A stretch of DNA of 63,306 nucleotides, filler included. It is 5 parts of 5 records of this genome, joined end to end, with 100 filler letters (N's around TTAATTAATTAA, not from the genome) between each part and the next. Parts side by side here need not be neighbours in the genome. Positions count along the whole stretch, not along the records: positions 56,867 to 63,306 come from DRR723986_4733; 4 more parts are not named here. The stretch is one strand, 5' to 3'. The notes under the pieces were generated by a model. That model saw only the letters and a list, made by a program, of their open reading frames with translations, was not told the origin of the DNA and made no database searches. Both the position numbers and the translations under genes were made by a program. Of this stretch, positions 58,481 through 63,306 are shown in pieces (position 1 is the first letter of the stretch; each line of letters starts with the position of its first letter).

Positions 58481-59763
58481 CGAATAGCCCCAGCAAACCG
58501 AACGCGCGCGCCCTGATCGTGCGATGCGTTCGGCTGGCCACGGCTACCGCCCTTTCCGTTGGAATTCTGACGGCGCCCGCGCTGGCGCAGATGTCGCTGA
58601 AGGACGCGGCGCGCCTTGCCACCGAACTCGACCCGAATGTCACGGCGTTGCGCCAGCAGGTCGCCAGTCGGACGCTGGGCATCAAGCAGGCGCGCGACGG
58701 CTATTACCCCTCCGTCAGCCTGTCCAGCGACACCAGCACCACCGACGCCAATGGCCCCGGTATCTCGTTGACGGTCTCACAGGTGCTCTATGACTGGGGT
58801 CTGATCCGAAGCGAGATCAGGGCCGCGACGCAGGCCCGCGTTCAGGCGGTGTCGGATCTGAAGATGTCGGTGGAGGATCTGACGCTTCTCGTCTCGGAGA
58901 CCTTCCTCGACGTGGAGATCGCCGAGCGGAAAATCGCCCTGACGCGGGACTACATGCGCTTTGCCGACCGCCTCTCGACACAGGCCGAGGGCCGGGCCCG
59001 CGCGGGACTTGGGGACAACGGCGAGGTCGCCCGTGCCCGTCTGGAGGTTGCCCGCGCGCAGGATCAACTGAACAGCCTGACCGCGGATCGGGACATGAGC
59101 CTGTCCCAGATCGCCTTCCTGACGGGGCGCCAGATCACGCGCGTGCTGCCGCCCCCCAATCTGGACTATGCGCGGCGCTACGGCGACGCGGCCAAGATCC
59201 AGTCCGCCGTGCGGATCGCGCCGGATTACATCGCCGGGCGCGCCCGGGCCGCCGAGGCCTATGCCAACGTCGACCGGGCCAAGGCCGCGCGCCTGCCGTC
59301 GATCCAGTTGCAGGCACAGGGCCGGACGGACCTGAATGGCGGGCGGACGAGCACGGCGCTGGGGTTGTCAGCCGGGGTCGACCTGAACGCGGGCGGCCTT
59401 GGCGGGCGGGCCATTCAGGTGGCGCGGTCGGATGCGGCAGCCGCCGATTCCTCGTTGCGCGGGATCGAGCGGCAGATGACGAACACCGCCCGGACGGCCC
59501 TGCGCCACATCGCGACGCTGCGAACGGCGGAACAGTCGCGGGTGGCTCAGCTGGAACAGGCCACGCGCGTCCTTGCGAATTACGAGGATCAGTTCGTGGC
59601 CGGCCAGCGCGAGTTGATCGACGTCCTGACCACCGGGCGCGATCTTTACGACGCGCGGATCGATCAGGTCGACACATACGACGAGCGGAAGCGGACAGAG
59701 TATCAGGCCGCGCGCGATCTGGGTGTGCTTGGAACCCTGATCCTCGCCTCGAGCGGGTCATGA
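58477..59763 (+). CDS. TolC-family T1SS outer membrane protein (LapE-like)
   Basis: Signal peptide; ARDGYYPSVSL, QVLYDWG, AARLPSIQL and QFVAGQRELIDVL motifs. Confidence 0.9.
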   Translation: MTNSPSKPNARALIVRCVRLATATALSVGILTAPALAQMSLKDAARLATELDPNVTALRQQVASRTLGIKQARDGYYPSVSLSSDTSTTDANGPGISLTVSQVLYDWGLIRSEIRAATQARVQAVSDLKMSVEDLTLLVSETFLDVEIAERKIALTRDYMRFADRLSTQAEGRARAGLGDNGEVARARLEVARAQDQLNSLTADRDMSLSQIAFLTGRQITRVLPPPNLDYARRYGDAAKIQSAVRIAPDYIAGRARAAEAYANVDRAKAARLPSIQLQAQGRTDLNGGRTSTALGLSAGVDLNAGGLGGRAIQVARSDAAAADSSLRGIERQMTNTARTALRHIATLRTAEQSRVAQLEQATRVLANYEDQFVAGQRELIDVLTTGRDLYDARIDQVDTYDERKRTEYQAARDLGVLGTLILASSGS

Positions 59764-59794
59764 GCAGCATGGAATTGCGCGGGAACATTCGATC

Positions 59795-61930
59795 ATGACC
59801 GTCCATCCGCACTTCGACCCCTTCCTCGACGGTCTGATCGAACTCTGCCGGGTGCAGGGCATCAGCACCTCGGCGGCCCGGTTGACCGACGGTCTGGGAT
59901 GGTCCCCCGAAACGCCGATGTCGGCCGAACTGGCGCCGCTGGCCCTGCGGCGCATCAACATGAGCTGCCGCATCACCTCTGCGCCGCTGCGCTCCTTTCC
60001 GGATCACAGCCTGCCGGTGCTGCTGTTCCTCAAGGATGGCCGGACCGCCGTTCTGGAGAAATGGGCCGAAGAGGATGCGCAGATCATCCTGCCGGAATCC
60101 TCCGGCGGTCGCCTGTTCTGGAGCCGGCAGGAACTGGCAGAGAAGCACGACGGGCGCATCCTCGTCTCCAAGCCCATCGACATCGTGTCGGACCGCCTCG
60201 ACGAGCCGAAGCCGGGGCGCACGCATTGGCTGCGGGGGCCGGTTCTCGGGAACTGGTGGATCTACCGGGACGTCGTCTTTGCCTCTTTCGCGGCCAATCT
60301 GCTGGCCATCGCCACTGCGCTCTTCTCCATGCAGGTCTACGACCGCGTGGTGCCGACCAATGCCTTCGACACGCTCTGGATCCTTGCCAGTGGCGTCGGG
60401 CTGGCCATCCTGCTGGAACTGATCCTGAGGACGACCCGCGCCTCGCTGGTCGATGTGTCGGGCCGCGATCTCGACCTCCAGCTGTCGTCGAAACTGTTCG
60501 ACAAGGTCGCGAACATGCGGCTGGCGCACAAACCGGCCTCCACCGGGGTCTTTGCCAATCAGGTCAGGGACTTCGCCACGGTGCGGGAGTTCTTCACCTC
60601 CGGCACCGTCACCGCCGTGTGCGACATTCCCTTCGTGGCGATCTTCCTTGCGGTGATCTGGTTCATCGGCGGGCCGGTGGCCATCGTCACCCTTATCGGC
60701 GTCGTCATGACCATCGTTCCGGGCATGATGATGCAGGGGCGTCTGGCGCGTGCCTCGCGCGAGAATGCCCGCGAGGCCGCCGCCCTGAACGGCCTGCTGC
60801 TGGAAACCATCTCGAACCTCGAGACGGTGAAGGCCGCCCGCGCCGAGGGACGGCTGCAACGCTCCTACGCGCAGCTCTCTGCCGCCATGGCCAATACGGC
60901 CGTCAAGACGCGCAATCTGACCACGACCATGACGCAGCTCGTCAGCGGCGTGCAGAAGGTCACCTACGCCGGGGTCATCATCGCTGGCGTCTACCTCATC
61001 AGCGCGGGCAGCCTGACGGTGGGCAGCCTGATCGCCTGCACCATCCTGTCCAGCCGCACCCTGACGCCGATGGGGCAGGTGGCGGGGCTTCTGGCGCGCT
61101 GGCAACAGGTCCGCGCGGCGATGGAGGGGCTCGATCGGATCATGGACCTGCCGCAGGAACGCCCGGCCGACCGGCACTTCGTGCGCGCCTCGGACCTGCG
61201 CGGAGAGTTCCGGCTTGAAAACGTGGTCTTCCGCCACGATCCCGCCGCCCCGCCGGTGGTCAATATCAGCGCCCTGCACATCAAGGCCGGAGAGCGGATC
61301 GCCCTGCTTGGGGGCAATGGCGCGGGCAAGTCCAGCTTCATGCGGCTGATCGCCGGTCTGGTCGATCCGCAGGACGGCACCGTTCTTCTGGACGACCTGT
61401 CGCTCAGCCAGATCGACCCGATCGACCGGCGCCGCCAGATCGGCTACCTGCCGCAATCCGTGGCCCTGTTCCAGGGCACGCTGCGGGACAACCTGCTGCT
61501 GGATCACGGGCTGCACACGGATGAGCAGTTGCTGCAGGCGTTGGACGCCGTGGGGCTGGGCAGCTTCGTGCGCCGCCATGTGCGGGGGCTCGACCTCGTC
61601 ATCCACGGCAACGGCAACGTCTCGGGTGGCCAGCGTCAGGCCATCGGGCTGGCGCGCATCCTGTTGCAGGACCCGAAGATCGTCCTGCTGGACGAGCCCA
61701 CCGCCGCCTTCGACCACATCACGGAAAAGCAGGTCATCACCCACCTGAACACATGGCTCGAAGGGCGCACGGCCATAATTTCGACCCACAAGCGTGAACT
61801 TCTGTCTCTGACGCAGCGCACGCTGGTGCTGAAGGAGGGCAAGATCGCGCGGGACGGCGATCTCCTCCAGATCCTCAACACGGCGCGCGCGAACAAGGCG
61901 CAAACGGCACAGGTCAAGGCGGTGACATGA
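59795..61930 (+). CDS. T1SS permease/ATPase (LapB/LssB-like, C39-like N-domain)
   Basis: MQVYDRVVP; Walker A GGNGAGKS; signature VSGGQRQ; Walker B LLDEPT. Confidence 0.95.
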   Translation: MTVHPHFDPFLDGLIELCRVQGISTSAARLTDGLGWSPETPMSAELAPLALRRINMSCRITSAPLRSFPDHSLPVLLFLKDGRTAVLEKWAEEDAQIILPESSGGRLFWSRQELAEKHDGRILVSKPIDIVSDRLDEPKPGRTHWLRGPVLGNWWIYRDVVFASFAANLLAIATALFSMQVYDRVVPTNAFDTLWILASGVGLAILLELILRTTRASLVDVSGRDLDLQLSSKLFDKVANMRLAHKPASTGVFANQVRDFATVREFFTSGTVTAVCDIPFVAIFLAVIWFIGGPVAIVTLIGVVMTIVPGMMMQGRLARASRENAREAAALNGLLLETISNLETVKAARAEGRLQRSYAQLSAAMANTAVKTRNLTTTMTQLVSGVQKVTYAGVIIAGVYLISAGSLTVGSLIACTILSSRTLTPMGQVAGLLARWQQVRAAMEGLDRIMDLPQERPADRHFVRASDLRGEFRLENVVFRHDPAAPPVVNISALHIKAGERIALLGGNGAGKSSFMRLIAGLVDPQDGTVLLDDLSLSQIDPIDRRRQIGYLPQSVALFQGTLRDNLLLDHGLHTDEQLLQALDAVGLGSFVRRHVRGLDLVIHGNGNVSGGQRQAIGLARILLQDPKIVLLDEPTAAFDHITEKQVITHLNTWLEGRTAIISTHKRELLSLTQRTLVLKEGKIARDGDLLQILNTARANKAQTAQVKAVT

Positions 61931-63099
61931 GCAGCCCGGAGCTCTTCGATCCCAGCCATGTGGATGGCAGCTACCGCCAGCAGACGCTGCGCCGGTCGCG
62001 CATGACCATCTACCTCGTCGTCCTGTCGCTGCTCGCCGCCATCGCATGGGCGGCGGTGGCGCAGGTGAACGAGGTGACGCGGGGCGACGGCAAGGTCATT
62101 CCCGCCCGGCGGATGCAGACGATCCAGAGCCTCGAAGGCGGCATCCTCGCCGAGCTTCAGGTGGCCGAGGGCGACATCGTCGAGGCCGGACAGGTCCTCG
62201 CGCGGCTGGATGCCACGCGCTCGCGGTCGGCCTTCATGGCCGCCGAAAGCCAGATCACCGCGCTTACGGCCGAGGTCGCGCGGCTGGAGGCCGAGGTGCT
62301 GGAGCAGCCCAAGCTGGACTTCGGCCCGACCCCGAACGAGGCCGAGCAGACCGAACTGCGGCTGTTCAAGGCCCGCCGCACCAAGCTTGAGGCGTCGCTG
62401 GCGGCGCTGGAAAGCGAACGGGCCGCCATTCAGGAACAGATCGCCATCACCGGCCCACTTGCGGCCAGCGGCTCCGTCAGCCGGATCAACCTGCTGCAAC
62501 TGGAACAGAAGAAGGCGGAACTGGACGGCAAGATCGGCGACACGCGCAATGCCTATGTGCAGGACGCCTACAAGGATCTCGCGCAGCGCCGGTCGCGCCT
62601 CAGCGCGCTGTCCGAAGAGGCGGTGCAGAAGCAGGACGAATTGCAACGGACCGCCATCCGCTCCCCGGTGGCGGGGCGGGTGAACAACATCGCCATCACC
62701 ACGCTGGGCGGGGTGGTGCAGCCGGGCGAGCCGATCATGGAGATCACGCCCATCGACGACCAGCTGGTGATCGAGACCAAGGTCCTGCCCCGCGACGTCG
62801 CCTTCATCGCGCCGGGCATGCCGGCCAGCGTCAAGATCACGGCCTATGATTTCGCCACCTACGGCGACCTGCGCGGCACGGTCATGCAGATCTCCGAGGA
62901 CACGGTCGAGGAAGAGACGCGGCAGGGTCCGCAGAATTTCTACCGGGTCATGGTCGTCACCGAAAGCAACTACCTCGAACAGGTGGGCGCGCGTTACGCC
63001 ATCCGCCCGGGCATGGTGGCGCAGGTCGATATCGAAAGCGGCAACCGCTCGGTGCTGAGTTATCTCACCCGGCCGCTGCTCAACGCCCGCCTCCGCTGA
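61927..63099 (+). CDS. HlyD-family T1SS membrane fusion protein
   Basis: GKVIP..MQTIQSLEGG, IRSPVAGRV, VKITAYDF..YG, IRPGM and SVLSYLTRP motifs. Confidence 0.95.
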   Translation: MSSPELFDPSHVDGSYRQQTLRRSRMTIYLVVLSLLAAIAWAAVAQVNEVTRGDGKVIPARRMQTIQSLEGGILAELQVAEGDIVEAGQVLARLDATRSRSAFMAAESQITALTAEVARLEAEVLEQPKLDFGPTPNEAEQTELRLFKARRTKLEASLAALESERAAIQEQIAITGPLAASGSVSRINLLQLEQKKAELDGKIGDTRNAYVQDAYKDLAQRRSRLSALSEEAVQKQDELQRTAIRSPVAGRVNNIAITTLGGVVQPGEPIMEITPIDDQLVIETKVLPRDVAFIAPGMPASVKITAYDFATYGDLRGTVMQISEDTVEEETRQGPQNFYRVMVVTESNYLEQVGARYAIRPGMVAQVDIESGNRSVLSYLTRPLLNARLR

Positions 63100-63142
63100 G
63101 GACTGCCCCTCTCCGATCTCCCCAGAAGTCGAAGGAATATCC

Positions 63143-63306
63143 GTGCCGCGCGTTTGCCACGCCCCCCGTTCCCGAGAGGCTCTGCTTGCTCTCGCCCTGA
63201 TCCTCTTGTCCGCCCCGGTCTCTGCCCGTGTGTTCGAAACGGTCGAGGTGCGCGGCGCCGAGTTCATCCCCGAAGAAGACATCCGCATGACCTGCGGCGC
63301 CATGCC
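63143..63306 (+). CDS. N-terminal fragment of an exported POTRA-domain (Omp85/BamA/TamA-like) protein
   Basis: SD GAAGGA, GTG start; signal peptide ...LLALALILLSAPVSA, then RVFETVEVRGAEFIPEEDIR resembles POTRA beta1-G-helix1; truncated by the window end. Confidence 0.55.
   Translation, partial: MPRVCHAPRSREALLALALILLSAPVSARVFETVEVRGAEFIPEEDIRMTCGAM

Noticed and set aside
59135-63303. 970-aa and 555-aa minus-strand ORFs
   Set aside because: Antisense shadows of the high-GC T1SS genes

Overview
This window is not one locus. It is five unrelated contigs joined by four artificial 100-nt spacers (44 N + TTAATTAATTAA + 44 N). Taxonomic labels below are my inference from gene content and base composition. 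(1) 1-18807, Roseibium/Labrenzia-like alphaproteobacterium: pcaR-pcaIJF, then the argB-engB-yidC-rnpA-rpmH backbone with three accessory genes inserted between engB and yidC (Vat/CatB acetyltransferase, monofunctional transglycosylase, 334-aa ORFan). It ends inside a tRNA-Arg. (2) 18908-32453, alphaproteobacterial accessory DNA: a putative N-methylated-compound catabolic cluster (non-pyrrolysine MttB, SRPBCC, Cys-less racemase/isomerase, DMGDH/GcvT-like oxidoreductase, class III aminotransferase) with a MetR-like LysR and twin operator boxes. It also holds an IS3 remnant, a GlxA-led lipoprotein/SDR/DUF4386/serine-hydrolase cluster and att-like tRNA remnants. (3) 32554-45874, Roseobacter-group DNA running from a tRNA-Ser fragment to a tmRNA fragment: alaX, mscS, cysK-trgB-trgA, cfa, and the DMSP module acuI-dmdA-dmdR, plus tenA. 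(4) 45975-56766, AT-rich Bacteroidota (Cyclobacteriaceae-like): kelch, SIMPL, O-methyltransferase, an orphan Pycsar-effector-like membrane protein, Tat phospholipase C, B12 radical SAM, dienelactone hydrolase and REP/REPIN-like repeats. (5) 56867-63306, high-GC alphaproteobacterium: a type I secretion operon led by a stand-alone BapA-N-like protein and followed by a POTRA/Omp85-like gene. The best novelty candidates are the MttB catabolic regulon, the atypical T1SS, a 3-codon leader ORF that may attenuate the acetyltransferase, the ORFan and the orphan Pycsar-type effector. All calls come from reading motifs; no searches were run.
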